Of a stretch of 64,000 nt of DNA, positions 1 through 9,330 are shown piece after piece. This stretch comes from Pseudomonadota bacterium (GTDB lineage: Bacteria; Desulfobacterota; Binatia; Binatales; Binataceae), in the NCBI GenBank assembly GCA_021324885.1, contig JAJPIF010000029.1, positions 1,078 through 65,077 on the forward strand. Reading direction: 5' to 3'. The notes beneath the pieces were generated by a model. That model ran no database searches. It saw nothing but the letters and a program-made list of their open reading frames with translations, and was not told the origin of the DNA. Each line of letters begins with the position of its first letter. Position 1 is the stretch's first letter. A program made the position numbers and the translations under genes.

Positions 1-1033
1 AACTGCCCATCTGCGCCGGCTGCGTATGGCCAATCACCTGCGCGCACAAGGCCGGATAGAAATAGCCATGGCCGATACCACCGGCAATCGCGGCGAGGTA
101 CAGCATCGCAAAGCGGCCGGTGAAGGCGAGCAAGCCCAATCCGATCGCGGTCAGAATCAGCATCGGCGCCACGATCCGCCTGAGCCCCACGCGATCCAGG
201 ACACCCGGACCGAGCACGCGCAAAATCACGGCGACGCCGCAGTAGAGCATGAAATACCATCCCACGCGCCCGACCCCCTGCTGGTATGCGAAGGGGACCA
301 CGAACGTCCTCGAGGCCAGCGCGAAGGACCACAGCAGCGTGACGATCCACAACGGCATCAGCTCGCTGCTGCGCAGCAGTTCGCTGAACCCGGCCATCGG
401 CGCCACCCGATGGGAATCGCGATGCGCCGGCACGCGCGGGGCGGGCGCGCGCGCCGCAATCGCCGCCGCGAGCAGGCACAGCGCAGCGGCTGCAATGAAA
501 AACCATCTGAAACCGCCGACCGCGATAATTTCCTCACCCATGATCGGTCCGATGGCGGCAGGGATCATACTGCACAGCGTAAAGGTCGCCATCGCCTGTC
601 CCTGCCGTCCGGCAGGGAGCAGCTCGTAGGCCATCGCAAACAGCGCTACACGCGCCGTGCCGTCAATCGCGCCATGTATCATGCGCACCGCGTAGATCGG
701 CCATCGCAGGGCGCCGATCGGGATGTAGAGCGCGGTGGCCAGCGCATCGAGGATCAGAAATCGCACTGCCACCCAATGGGTTCCCAGGTGATCGACCGCG
801 ATCCCGTTGAGCGGCCGCACCGCCAGCGCGGCGACGCCGGCAACGGCAATCACGGCGCCGATACTGGCGGCGCCGCCGCCCAGATGCATCACGAAAGCCG
901 GCAGCATCACAAAAATGCTGGAAGCGAGGTTGAGCGCAAAGTTGGCGGCGAACACGAACCAGAAATCGCGCGTGTACAGCGTCGAAGCGGCGCCGGCCGC
1001 GCGCGCGCCAGGTGCAGCGGTCAGGCTCGACAC
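1..1033 (-). CDS. MFS transporter (runs off the window start)
   Basis: Manual minus-strand translation from GTG 1033 (SD-like GGAAG): MSSLTAAPG...LYTRDFWFVFAANFALNLASSIFVMLPAF...RPLNGIAVDHLG...GPGVLDRVGLRR. Many TM helices and two MFS motif-A-like loops. Missing from the ORF track because it has no stop in the window. Confidence 0.88.
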   Translation of the reverse strand, partial: MSSLTAAPGARAAGAASTLYTRDFWFVFAANFALNLASSIFVMLPAFVMHLGGGAASIGAVIAVAGVAALAVRPLNGIAVDHLGTHWVAVRFLILDALATALYIPIGALRWPIYAVRMIHGAIDGTARVALFAMAYELLPAGRQGQAMATFTLCSMIPAAIGPIMGEEIIAVGGFRWFFIAAAALCLLAAAIAARAPAPRVPAHRDSHRVAPMAGFSELLRSSELMPLWIVTLLWSFALASRTFVVPFAYQQGVGRVGWYFMLYCGVAVILRVLGPGVLDRVGLRRIVAPMLILTAIGLGLLAFTGRFAMLYLAAIAGGIGHGYFYPALCAQVIGHTQPAQMGS

Positions 1034-1192
1034 GCCGCTTCCAGGTTGATTGGATGCATTCAACGCCCAGGCAGCTTAGCGTCTGGACCAGGCGGATTCA
1101 TAGAGAAAACGGCGGCGGCAACACCAGGCTGGCGGCGGCCGTTCGCGCGGCCCCCCTTGTTTGTGCTACTTTCGAGTGCGTTGAAAAACGCC

Positions 1193-1282
1193 ATGCGGAT
1201 TATTAACGTCACCGCGCGGCGCCGGCAAAATCGGCGCGCCAGCCCGTGGACAGTCCGGCCTCGAGCGCTGATTACTGACTGA
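1193..1282 (+). CDS. Putative 29-aa leader peptide (MRIINVTARRRQNRRASPWTVRPRALITD)
   Basis: ATG 1193 to TGA 1282, ending 21 nt before a strong terminator. Arg-rich with one Trp; weak SD. Confidence 0.35.
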   Translation: MRIINVTARRRQNRRASPWTVRPRALITD

Positions 1283-1303
1283 CAATCATTCGCCTCAACA
1301 GCG

Positions 1304-1342
1304 GCCACGGGTGCGCGAAGCGCGCATCCGTGGCTTTTTTTT
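1304..1342 (+). terminator. Intrinsic terminator in the 5' leader of the ABC operon (attenuator candidate)
   Basis: GCCACGGGTGCGCG-AAG-CGCGCATCCGTGGC (14-bp stem, one G-U) followed by T8, about 32 nt before ATG 1375. Confidence 0.85.
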
Positions 1343-1374
1343 GCCGGTCCGGATTCATTTCGAAGAGGAATTTC

Positions 1375-2121
1375 ATGGTCCTGGAAGTGAAACATTTGAG
1401 CAAACGCTATGGCGCGCTGACCGCCGTCGAGGATGTCTCCTTTTCGCTGGCTCAGGGCGAAATTCTGGGCTTGCTGGGGCCCAATGGCGCCGGCAAAAGC
1501 ACGACCATCCATATGCTGCTGGGACTGATCACGCCCAGCGCCGGCGAAGTACGCGTCTTTGGCCTGCGCTTTTGCGATTATCGCAAACATATACTGCAAC
1601 TGATTAATTTCACTTCGCCCTATGTCTCGCTGCCGCTGCGGCTGACCGTGATGGAAAACCTGCGGGTGTTCGCCCGGCTCTACAACGTCGAGCATCCGCA
1701 AAAGCGGATCGACGAGCTGCTGGAGCTGTTCGGTGTCGGCGCTCTGCGCAACCAGCCGGTTGCCAGACTGTCATCGGGCGAGAACACGCGCGTGGGGCTG
1801 TGCAAGGCGATGCTCAACAATCCGCGCCTGCTGCTGCTGGACGAGCCCACCGCCTCTCTTGATCCGGAAATCGCCTGGCAGGTCAAGCAGGTGCTGCTTC
1901 AGGCGCAACGCGAGTTCGGCACCACGATTTTGTGCACCTCGCACAACATGCTCGAAGTCGAGCGTCTGTGTAACCGCATTGTGTTCATGCATCACGGACG
2001 CGTGATCGCGCAGGGCAGTCCGATCGAGATAACGCGCGCGATCCTCAAGGAAGAGCGCAGCGAACCGGCGCTGGAAGAGGTCTTTTTGCGGGTGGCCCGG
2101 TTGGAGGAGTCCGCGCCATGA
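1375..2121 (+). CDS. ABC transporter ATP-binding protein (ABC-2/drug-exporter type)
   Basis: Walker A GPNGAGKST, signature LSSGE, Walker B LLLLDEPT, H-loop SH. GAGGAA SD before ATG 1375. Confidence 0.95.
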   Translation: MVLEVKHLSKRYGALTAVEDVSFSLAQGEILGLLGPNGAGKSTTIHMLLGLITPSAGEVRVFGLRFCDYRKHILQLINFTSPYVSLPLRLTVMENLRVFARLYNVEHPQKRIDELLELFGVGALRNQPVARLSSGENTRVGLCKAMLNNPRLLLLDEPTASLDPEIAWQVKQVLLQAQREFGTTILCTSHNMLEVERLCNRIVFMHHGRVIAQGSPIEITRAILKEERSEPALEEVFLRVARLEESAP

Positions 2122-2906
2122 AAATCCATCGGATCCAGGCGGTGATGATCCGTCATCTGTACGAGATCCGCCGCAACGCCGACCGCATCACCGATATGGT
2201 CTACTGGCCGATCCTCGACATCATCGTGTGGGGCTTTTTCACGATCTACCTGGCGCACGGCGGGCGCGGGGGCAACAGGCTGGCCGATTTCCTGCTGGGC
2301 GCGGCAATTTTGTGGGGAATGTTTTACGCCTTCCAGCGCGATCTGGCGGTGGGCTTCCTCGACGAACTGTGGTCGCGCAACCTGATCAACCTGTTCTCCG
2401 CCCCGCTGGACGTCACCGAATACCTGTGCGGATTGGTGGTCGTGAACCTGATCAAGGTGGCGGCGGGCGCGGGCTGCGCGTCGTTGATCGCGTGGACCTG
2501 CTATGCGTTCGACATCCTTCCTGCTCTGCCGCAATTGGTTCCCTACATGCTCAACCTGATGTTGTTCGGATTGGCCCTGGGCGTGTTCACTTCGGGACTG
2601 ATTTTCCGCTACACGACCAAGGTCCAGGGTCTGGCGTGGAGCTTTGCCGGGCTGCTGCAGCCGGTCTCCTGCGTCTTCTATCCGCTGAGCGCGCTGCCGC
2701 GCCCGCTGCGCCTGGTAGCCTCGCTGCTGCCGACGACGCAGTCGTTCGAGGGGATGCGCCAGGTGCTGGCCGCAGGCGCATTCTCGCCGCCGCGTTTTTG
2801 GTGCGCGCTGGCGCTAAACGTGATGTATTTCGGCGCCGCGGCGATGTTCTTCAGATGGATCTTCGAGTCGGCGCGCCGGCGGGGGCTGCTGGTCAAGTTC
2901 GAATGA
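2118..2906 (+). CDS. ABC-2 type permease
   Basis: About 6 TM segments, FYPLSALP motif, ATGA overlap with the ATPase gene. Confidence 0.92.
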   Translation: MKIHRIQAVMIRHLYEIRRNADRITDMVYWPILDIIVWGFFTIYLAHGGRGGNRLADFLLGAAILWGMFYAFQRDLAVGFLDELWSRNLINLFSAPLDVTEYLCGLVVVNLIKVAAGAGCASLIAWTCYAFDILPALPQLVPYMLNLMLFGLALGVFTSGLIFRYTTKVQGLAWSFAGLLQPVSCVFYPLSALPRPLRLVASLLPTTQSFEGMRQVLAAGAFSPPRFWCALALNVMYFGAAAMFFRWIFESARRRGLLVKFE

Positions 2907-3024
2907 TCCCTGTGAGGAGGCCGGATGGACTTTCATCAGGTGCGCGCTTTCCGTTAAAAATACCTAACGCAACCCTGCCGATTTTATCGCTGAAGTTCGC
3001 ATCGGCAGGGCGGCCAGGATTGAG

Positions 3025-4080
3025 ATGCAACCCAGGATTCACGACGTACATGTCGCCGCCACCCAGCCGCTGATCGCGCCGCGCGCGCTCAAGCAGGAGC
3101 TGCCGCTGACCGATGAGATGGCGCAATGGATCGCCGACTCGCGCGAAACCATCCGCCGGGTTATCAGCGGAGAGGATCCACGCCTGATGGCAATCGTCGG
3201 CCCCTGCTCGATCCACGACCCCGACGCGGCGATCGATTACGCGCGGCGCCTGGCCGATCTGGCCCGCCGGGTTGCCGGCCGCATCCACGTCGTGATGCGC
3301 GTCTATTTCGAAAAGCCGCGCACCACCACCGGGTGGAAGGGGCTGATCAACGACCCCCGGATGGACGACAGTTGCGATATGGAAATGGGACTGCGCATCG
3401 CCCGCCGCCTGCTCATCGAAATCAACTCGCTGGGGCTGGCGGCAGCCACCGAACTGCTCGATCCGATCACCCCGCAATACATCGCCGACCTGATCTCATG
3501 GACCGCGGTGGGCGCGCGCACTACCGAATCGCAGACCCATCGCGAGATGGCCAGCGGGTTGTCGATGCCGGTGGGGTTCAAGAATCGCACCGACGGCGAT
3601 TTGCGCATCGCGATCAATGCGATCGAATCGGCCCGCGGCGCGCATTCATTTATCGGCATCGACCAGGAAGGACAGACCGCGATCATCCGCACCACGGGCA
3701 ATCCGCTCACCCACGTGGTGCTGCGCGGCGGCGTCAAACCCAACTATGACGCCGCCAGTATCCGCGAATGCGAGCAGATGCTGGCTGCGGCGGGTCTGCC
3801 GGCGCGCATGATGGTGGACTGTTCGCATGCCCAGACCAACAAGGATTACACCAGGCAGCCGGCAGTGCTGCGCGCGCTGATCGATCAAATCGCGGCGGGC
3901 AACCGCTCGATCATGGGCGTGATGCTGGAGAGCAACCTGGAGGCGGGCAACCAGAAACTCAGCAGCGATCGCAGCGCGCTCAAGTATGGAGTATCGGTTA
4001 CCGATCCATGCATCGACTGGCCGACGACGGAACGATGCCTGCTGGAATCGGCGCAACTGCTGGCCCGCTGCAAGTCGTGA
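3025..4080 (+). CDS. aroG: Class I DAHP synthase (AroF/G/H type)
   Basis: GPCSIHD, RVYFEKPRT, GARTTESQTHREMASGLSMPVGFKN, DCSH, SVTDPC. The feedback-specificity isoform cannot be determined. Confidence 0.96.
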   Translation: MQPRIHDVHVAATQPLIAPRALKQELPLTDEMAQWIADSRETIRRVISGEDPRLMAIVGPCSIHDPDAAIDYARRLADLARRVAGRIHVVMRVYFEKPRTTTGWKGLINDPRMDDSCDMEMGLRIARRLLIEINSLGLAAATELLDPITPQYIADLISWTAVGARTTESQTHREMASGLSMPVGFKNRTDGDLRIAINAIESARGAHSFIGIDQEGQTAIIRTTGNPLTHVVLRGGVKPNYDAASIRECEQMLAAAGLPARMMVDCSHAQTNKDYTRQPAVLRALIDQIAAGNRSIMGVMLESNLEAGNQKLSSDRSALKYGVSVTDPCIDWPTTERCLLESAQLLARCKS

Positions 4081-4173
4081 CCGCCACGGTGGACTTACGC
4101 AGCCGCTTCACGTCGGATTGTACGAACCTGTCTTACTCGGAAAGCAAACCGAAATCGAAATGGGCGTGCTTTT

Positions 4174-4497
4174 CTAACTTCTGCGGGCGAGCGTCTGCAG
4201 GATTTCATCGAGAGCCTCATCGACGCCCATAGCGGTGCGGCGGGCGGTGACGTAGAGGTCTCTCAGGTTGGCGAATCCGGCATTTGAGGCCTGGCCTTCG
4301 GACAATCGCTCGATCACCTGGCCTTCCTCGTTGCAGATTTTAAAGACGATAGTGTCATTGGCGTCCTGGACCAGAACTGAGTACCTGGGGAACGAGGTCT
4401 GGAAGGTGTTGTCGTCGGGCGTTTTTTCCCAGTTTATTTCGCCATTTGCGGTCTTTTGGTAAACCAGCTCCGCAATTTGTATCAACTTGTCCGCCAT
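4174..4497 (-). CDS. Hypothetical protein, 107 aa
   Basis: ATG 4497 lies 1 nt after the upstream stop. Natural globular composition (KTANGEINWEK...LYVTARRTAMGVDEALDEIL). Confidence 0.75.
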   Translation of the reverse strand: MADKLIQIAELVYQKTANGEINWEKTPDDNTFQTSFPRYSVLVQDANDTIVFKICNEEGQVIERLSEGQASNAGFANLRDLYVTARRTAMGVDEALDEILQTLARRS

Positions 4498-4498
4498 C

Positions 4499-5026
4499 TT
4501 ATCGCCCAGGCCGATCAATCTGATCCTTCAAGTCGGCAAGTATCCGTCCCAGTTCGTCGACCTGCCTGGAAATAATCTCGCTGACCCGATGAAGGGCGGG
4601 CGCCTTTCCATTCGCCATCGCGTCATAGACATGCTCTTGCACGTTGGTGAGCTGCTGAATTGCGCCCTGAATTTTAGATCGTTGTTGATCGGTCAGGTCC
4701 GGGATGCGGCCGCGGATCGCGATGAGATCCTGCTTCAATGAAGCGTAGCGATCGGGGAGAACCGGCACCGGCGTCAGGCAGGTCGAACGCCTCAGATCAT
4801 CGATCGTTGAGATGGCACCGCCCAGTTCCTGAACCGCCATCAACTTAACAATCTGATCCTGCAGCCGTTGCGCAGCGCTGCGCGCCTGTTCGGAAGCCCG
4901 CTCCAGTTTACCGATTCGCCAAAAGGTCAGGGCGAAGCCCCCGATCAAAACCAGGAGTTCCACCAGGCTTGCCAACACCCAAATCTGATGACCGTCCATG
5001 AAACCTGCGATGTGCTGGAAGTTCAG
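4499..5026 (-). CDS. Hypothetical single-TM coiled-coil protein
   Basis: TM segment IWVLASLVELLVLIGGFALTFW followed by helical heptads. Start uncertain: CTG 5026 behind GGAGG, or ATG 4999. Confidence 0.7.
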   Translation of the reverse strand: MNFQHIAGFMDGHQIWVLASLVELLVLIGGFALTFWRIGKLERASEQARSAAQRLQDQIVKLMAVQELGGAISTIDDLRRSTCLTPVPVLPDRYASLKQDLIAIRGRIPDLTDQQRSKIQGAIQQLTNVQEHVYDAMANGKAPALHRVSEIISRQVDELGRILADLKDQIDRPGR

Positions 5027-5116
5027 TTTACTTCCTCCGACGCGCTGAGTTACTGCCCTCAAAGCTTAGCGAGCGTAGCGCGAAGTGTGAAGCAACAACC
5101 CGCAACCATCGCGGCT

Positions 5117-6520
5117 TCAGCGCTGGCGTTCCGCCACTTTCAATTTTTCGCTTACCTGCATCGCGTTGAGCGCCGCCGTATATCGGACCTTGTAGGCTTC
5201 AGGGCGCTCCAGGGCTTTGAGCGGCGGTGGCAGCCGGGCAAAGCCTTCGAGGAACGTTTCCCGCGCCTGCGCCAGGGTGGGATTGGGTTCGATCCGCCGT
5301 CCCTCGCGCATTCGCGCCACCATCAGTTCCGTGATCTTGTCCGGGGTCGGCTTGAACTCCCTGGCCACCGTGCTCGGGCTCTCTTCGATTACGCCAATCA
5401 GGTCCAGATAGGGAACGCCGGCACGGTTCCAGGCGCGGAAGACCTGCTTGCGGCCAGGCAGCGTCACCTTGTTGCGCGAGGTCTTAACCCGCGGCCGGCC
5501 TTTGTATTCGACCAGCTTGTAAGTCATATCGAGCGAAGGAGCGTCGGCGCTCACGACCATCGCGGTGCCTACACCGAACGCATCTATCGGCGCCTTGCCC
5601 CTGACCAGTTCCGCGATCGCATACTCGTCGAGGTTGCCGCTGGCGAAGATCGAGGTTTGGGCCAATCCGCGCATATCGAGCGCCTTGCGCACCCTTTTAC
5701 TGAGGTCGGCGAGATCGCCGCTGTCCAGCCGCACGCCCTGGAGCTCGACGCCCGATTGTTTGAGTTCCAGCGCGACTTGAGCGGCATTTTCGGTCCCCTT
5801 CACCGTGTCGTAGGTATCGACCAGCAGGGTGCTCAGCTTGGGAAAGCTCGTGGCGAAATCGGCAAAAGCGTCGCGCTCGCGTTCATGCGCCATCACGTAG
5901 CTGTGGGCCATGGTGCCGTAAACCGGGATGCCATAACGCTTGCCTGCCAGTACGTTGGCGGTGCCGTTAAATCCGGCCAGGTAGCTTGAGCGCGCGGCGA
6001 CCAGACCGGCGTCGGCACCCTGAGCGCGGCGCAATCCGAACTCGATCAAACGCCGGCCCTGCGCGGCGCTATAAGAGCGGGCCGCCTTGCTCGCAATCAT
6101 GGTGGCGACCCCGACCTGGTTTATCGCCAGAGTCTCCAGGAGCTGCGCCTCGATCAGCGGCGCGTCAATTTCGAGGATTGGCTCTTCAGCGAAAAAGATC
6201 GTGCCTTCGGGAATCGCCCTGATGCTACCGGTAAATCGGAAGCGACCCAGGTAATCGAGAAAATCGGGTTTGAAGAGCTTGAGCGAATCCAGATATTCCA
6301 GCGCCGCCGCGTCAAAGCGCAATTGCTCGACGGCCTCGAAAAACCGCTCCGTACCAGCGGCAACGAGATATCCGCGCCGCGGCGGCAGACGCCGGACCGA
6401 CAGGCTGAAACAGGCAGGATCGTTGAAGCCATGCTCGAGATAGCTCGCCGCCATCGTCAGTTCGTAGAGGTCGGTCAGCAGGGCAACTTCGCCGCTATCC
6501 AGATGAAGGTCGCTGCTCAT
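5117..6520 (-). CDS. pncB: Nicotinate phosphoribosyltransferase
   Basis: LLTDLYELTM, EFGLRRAQG, GTMAHS (phospho-His), LVDTYD, GVRLDSGDL, DAFGVGT. Confidence 0.95.
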   Translation of the reverse strand: MSSDLHLDSGEVALLTDLYELTMAASYLEHGFNDPACFSLSVRRLPPRRGYLVAAGTERFFEAVEQLRFDAAALEYLDSLKLFKPDFLDYLGRFRFTGSIRAIPEGTIFFAEEPILEIDAPLIEAQLLETLAINQVGVATMIASKAARSYSAAQGRRLIEFGLRRAQGADAGLVAARSSYLAGFNGTANVLAGKRYGIPVYGTMAHSYVMAHERERDAFADFATSFPKLSTLLVDTYDTVKGTENAAQVALELKQSGVELQGVRLDSGDLADLSKRVRKALDMRGLAQTSIFASGNLDEYAIAELVRGKAPIDAFGVGTAMVVSADAPSLDMTYKLVEYKGRPRVKTSRNKVTLPGRKQVFRAWNRAGVPYLDLIGVIEESPSTVAREFKPTPDKITELMVARMREGRRIEPNPTLAQARETFLEGFARLPPPLKALERPEAYKVRYTAALNAMQVSEKLKVAERQR

Positions 6521-6686
6521 CCAGCAATCATGCTTTTGCGCGCGCGGCTCAATCAACCCGTTCCACGACCCGCAAAGGGACGCCCGCAGTCGGGGTCCAG
6601 CATGCCGGGGAGATGAAATCGCTGCCGAGCCGGAAAAGGATCGCGGGCCGAACCCGGCTCAGACCCGGATTGACTCAGGCCCGTTT

Positions 6687-7988
6687 TTATCCGGACGAAG
6701 ATGAGCAAAATGGAACGACATACGGCCCTTCGGGAATAATCGCGACACCCGGGTCGCCGGTGCGCTCAATACTGTCGCGGACCGCGTCGTCGATCGAATC
6801 GATCAGCGTCACGCCGGTAAGCGGCCGGTCGTGGTCTGGCAGCCCGCGGGTGTAAAGCGCGATTCGCGCCAGGCGCATCGGCTTTAGCTGCATCTCGGTC
6901 TGCCATTCGTCGATTTCGGCCAGGCGTTTGCCGGCGATGCTGCGCAGGAACGATAACGGTCCCATCTCGATCAGGCGGCGCTGCGAGGCGCGAAAATCGT
7001 CAGAGCCGAGGCCTTCGGAGCACGCCGAGGCCACGATCAGGCTGCCGCCGGGACGCACAATGTCCATCGGCGTAACCATCGCCTTGACCGTCTGGTAATA
7101 GGTCTTGTCCAGCGGATGGCCGGCGGCCGACGTGACCACGGTGGCGAAGCGGCGCGGGATCGGAACTTCGCAACTGGCGCGGATGAACTGGACCGCAGCA
7201 TGATGGCTGTGGTTGAGGTCGCCGAAGTTTACCAGGCACAGATTGCGCTGTTCGTCGATCACGGTATTGAGCGCATACACCTCGCCCACCATCGCGACGA
7301 TTTCAAGCTGCTCCTCGTGCAGCGGATTGCCCCGAAGATTGCATTGGCGCGCGCCCGGATCTTCCATGAACGCCGCGCTGTGCAGGCGCCGGATGGTTTC
7401 GGCCGAAGCGATTCCGGGGACCACGACTTTGCGCCCGCCCGAGTAACCCGCCATGAAATGCGGCTCGACCAGTCCGGTGGCGATGCGCAAATCGGCCTGG
7501 ACAAAACGGCGATCCAATGCGACCGGAGTCGCGCGGCGCGAAGTTGCCCCAAGCCGTACATGATCATCGTCATTGCGCGCGAAATGGTTTGCGACGCGAA
7601 TCTTCGCGAGCACCCAGGGATCGCCGATGACCTCGGCAAGTTCGGCGCCTTCGTTGGGACGATGGAGTCCCGTGGCAATCAAAATCGTGATCGCCTCGCG
7701 GGCGACCCCCGCTTGCAGCAGACATTCGATGATCGGCCGCAGAAACAGGCCGTTGGGCGCCGGGCGCGTGATGTCGCATACCAGGATACAAGCGCTGCGC
7801 CGGCCCCGGGCGAGCTGTCTCAAAGAGGGCGAACCAATCGCGTCTTCCAGTGCGCGGCTCACGGCAGCCAAGGGATTGGTCAACCTCGGCATCGGCCGTT
7901 TGCGGATGACGGTAACCTGCGCACTGGACGGCAGGTTTACCGCCAGCATCTCGTGACCGTAGGCAACCTCTACAACCATCGGCTCCAT
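6687..7988 (-). CDS. larA: Nickel-pincer-dependent racemase/epimerase (LarA family)
   Basis: DITRP, ATGLHRP, EPHFMAGYSGGRK, RRLHS, YQTVKA. Start set at ATG 7988 or 7979; the longer ORF extension looks spurious. Confidence 0.9.
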   Translation of the reverse strand: MEPMVVEVAYGHEMLAVNLPSSAQVTVIRKRPMPRLTNPLAAVSRALEDAIGSPSLRQLARGRRSACILVCDITRPAPNGLFLRPIIECLLQAGVAREAITILIATGLHRPNEGAELAEVIGDPWVLAKIRVANHFARNDDDHVRLGATSRRATPVALDRRFVQADLRIATGLVEPHFMAGYSGGRKVVVPGIASAETIRRLHSAAFMEDPGARQCNLRGNPLHEEQLEIVAMVGEVYALNTVIDEQRNLCLVNFGDLNHSHHAAVQFIRASCEVPIPRRFATVVTSAAGHPLDKTYYQTVKAMVTPMDIVRPGGSLIVASACSEGLGSDDFRASQRRLIEMGPLSFLRSIAGKRLAEIDEWQTEMQLKPMRLARIALYTRGLPDHDRPLTGVTLIDSIDDAVRDSIERTGDPGVAIIPEGPYVVPFCSSSSG

Positions 7989-8042
7989 CCAGGTGACTGA
8001 GTTTCTTTTGCTCGGATTATTAGCGCTGGTTCTGCTTGGCAG

Positions 8043-8058
8043 CGCAACCGGTTTGCCT
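8043..8058 (-). promoter_or_regulatory. Candidate sigma-54 (-24/-12) promoter of larA
   Basis: Minus strand AGGCAAACCGGTTGCG = GG-N10-GC with TTGC, about 55 nt upstream of the larA start. Confidence 0.45.
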
Positions 8059-8360
8059 TCAGGCCTTTGCAGGAAGGCCGGTACAAGGGGGACCTTTTCC
8101 CGCTCGCCGGTTGGAAGTATGAAATAAACGAGGGCGGCAAAAACCGCGCGTCCGAGGAACACGATGGCTAAAGTGATAGCTTTTCCGACCCGGCGGCCGG
8201 CCCCTAAGACTTCGCCGCAAGCGCCGGACGAAGTGTGTGCTTGCGGGCACAAGGCGAACGTTCACATCCGCCATCCCAATGGCGTGGTGAGCTGCGCGGC
8301 ACGCAATTGCCGATGCGAAACGCGGCCGCCACGCAATTAACCCCGCGGCAAGCAGATTCG

Positions 8361-9029
8361 CTAATCGGAAGAGGCGGTTTCAGGACCGGTCAATCCCAGG
8401 CCGTCGGAGAGCAGGTCGATCACCATCCGCTCGCGATTTGCGATATTGGCGGGCGAGAGCGGATCGTCCACCCCCAAATAGGGCAGCGCCGGAAAGAGCA
8501 GGAAATAACCGAAGGTCTCGACCGTGATGCTGACGATTACCTGGACCGGATCAACTCTGCGCATCCGGCCTGCTGCCATATCGTTGAGGAGCAGTTCGCG
8601 GCCCCCGTCGGCCAGCGGCTTGAGGTATTCGGTGGCGATGGCGCGCGAACGCGATCGCTCGTCGATCACTTCGCGGATAATCAAGCGGGCCCAGTTAGGG
8701 TTTTCCGCCAGGTATTGGAACAGACGATGGACAAACCGGCTCAAACGCTCGCGCGGGGTGGACGCCACCAGGGCGTCGCGCATGAAATCGCCCAGGCGGC
8801 CCAGCGCTCGTCTGACCACCTCGTCATAGAGCTCGGCTTTCGATCCGAAATGGTAAAACGGCAACGCCTTATTGACGCGCGCGCGGCTGGCGATGTTTTG
8901 CGCGCGCGCGCCGCCGAATCCGCGCTCCGCAAATTCTTCCTCGGCGGCCTTGAGGATCGCTTCGCGCGCCGCGGCCGAGACCGGACGCCGCTTGGCGCGT
9001 TGAATTCCGTCCGGAGTAGGGTCCTGCAT
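8361..9029 (-). CDS. TetR/AcrR family transcriptional regulator
   Basis: ILKAAEEEFAERGFGGARAQNIASRARVNKALPFYHFGSKAELY HTH. Confidence 0.95.
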   Translation of the reverse strand: MQDPTPDGIQRAKRRPVSAAAREAILKAAEEEFAERGFGGARAQNIASRARVNKALPFYHFGSKAELYDEVVRRALGRLGDFMRDALVASTPRERLSRFVHRLFQYLAENPNWARLIIREVIDERSRSRAIATEYLKPLADGGRELLLNDMAAGRMRRVDPVQVIVSITVETFGYFLLFPALPYLGVDDPLSPANIANRERMVIDLLSDGLGLTGPETASSD

Positions 9030-9330
9030 GCTCGTCCCTTTCGTCCAGTACCTGGCTGTTCGGATGTCTGCCTGATCTCGAAAGGCCTGAGATCTCCCCG
9101 AAGCCGCCGTCCAAGGCGCCAGGCCGCAAGCTTATTGTGCGGACATCGAAGAGGCACAATGCTTACAGCTGCGTAATGCTTCATCGCACAGTTGCGCGTT
9201 TCCCCCGGGACGCAATCTCGATCGACGGATTCGCAAACAAAACCAAGTTTGAGTTTTCGCCGCGCTTTCGTCAAGCAAAAATGCCGCGCTTTATCCAGAT
9301 GGGCGTTTCAGGCAAGCTGCTAACGCCGAC

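Noticed and set aside
26-1282. 418-aa plus-strand ORF
   Set aside because: Antisense shadow of the minus-strand MFS gene (Arg/His/Gln-rich, no motifs). Only its last 29 codons are kept as a possible leader peptide.
6557-6686. GC-rich stems upstream of pncB as a possible NAD riboswitch
   Set aside because: No match to the NAD-I (nadA) or NAD-II consensus I can recall, and no expression platform. Such stems are expected at this GC content.
7989-8252. N-terminal extension of the larA ORF, with a hydrophobic stretch
   Set aside because: LarA similarity starts at MEPMVVEVAYG; the extension overlaps probable promoter DNA.
8298-8311. CGGCACGCAATTGC as a plus-strand sigma-54 site
   Set aside because: GG-GC spacing is 9 rather than 10, and no plus-strand gene follows.
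9170-9190. Possible ARG box upstream of argH
   Set aside because: Only a partial single match (TGCGTAATGCTTCA), with no tandem box.
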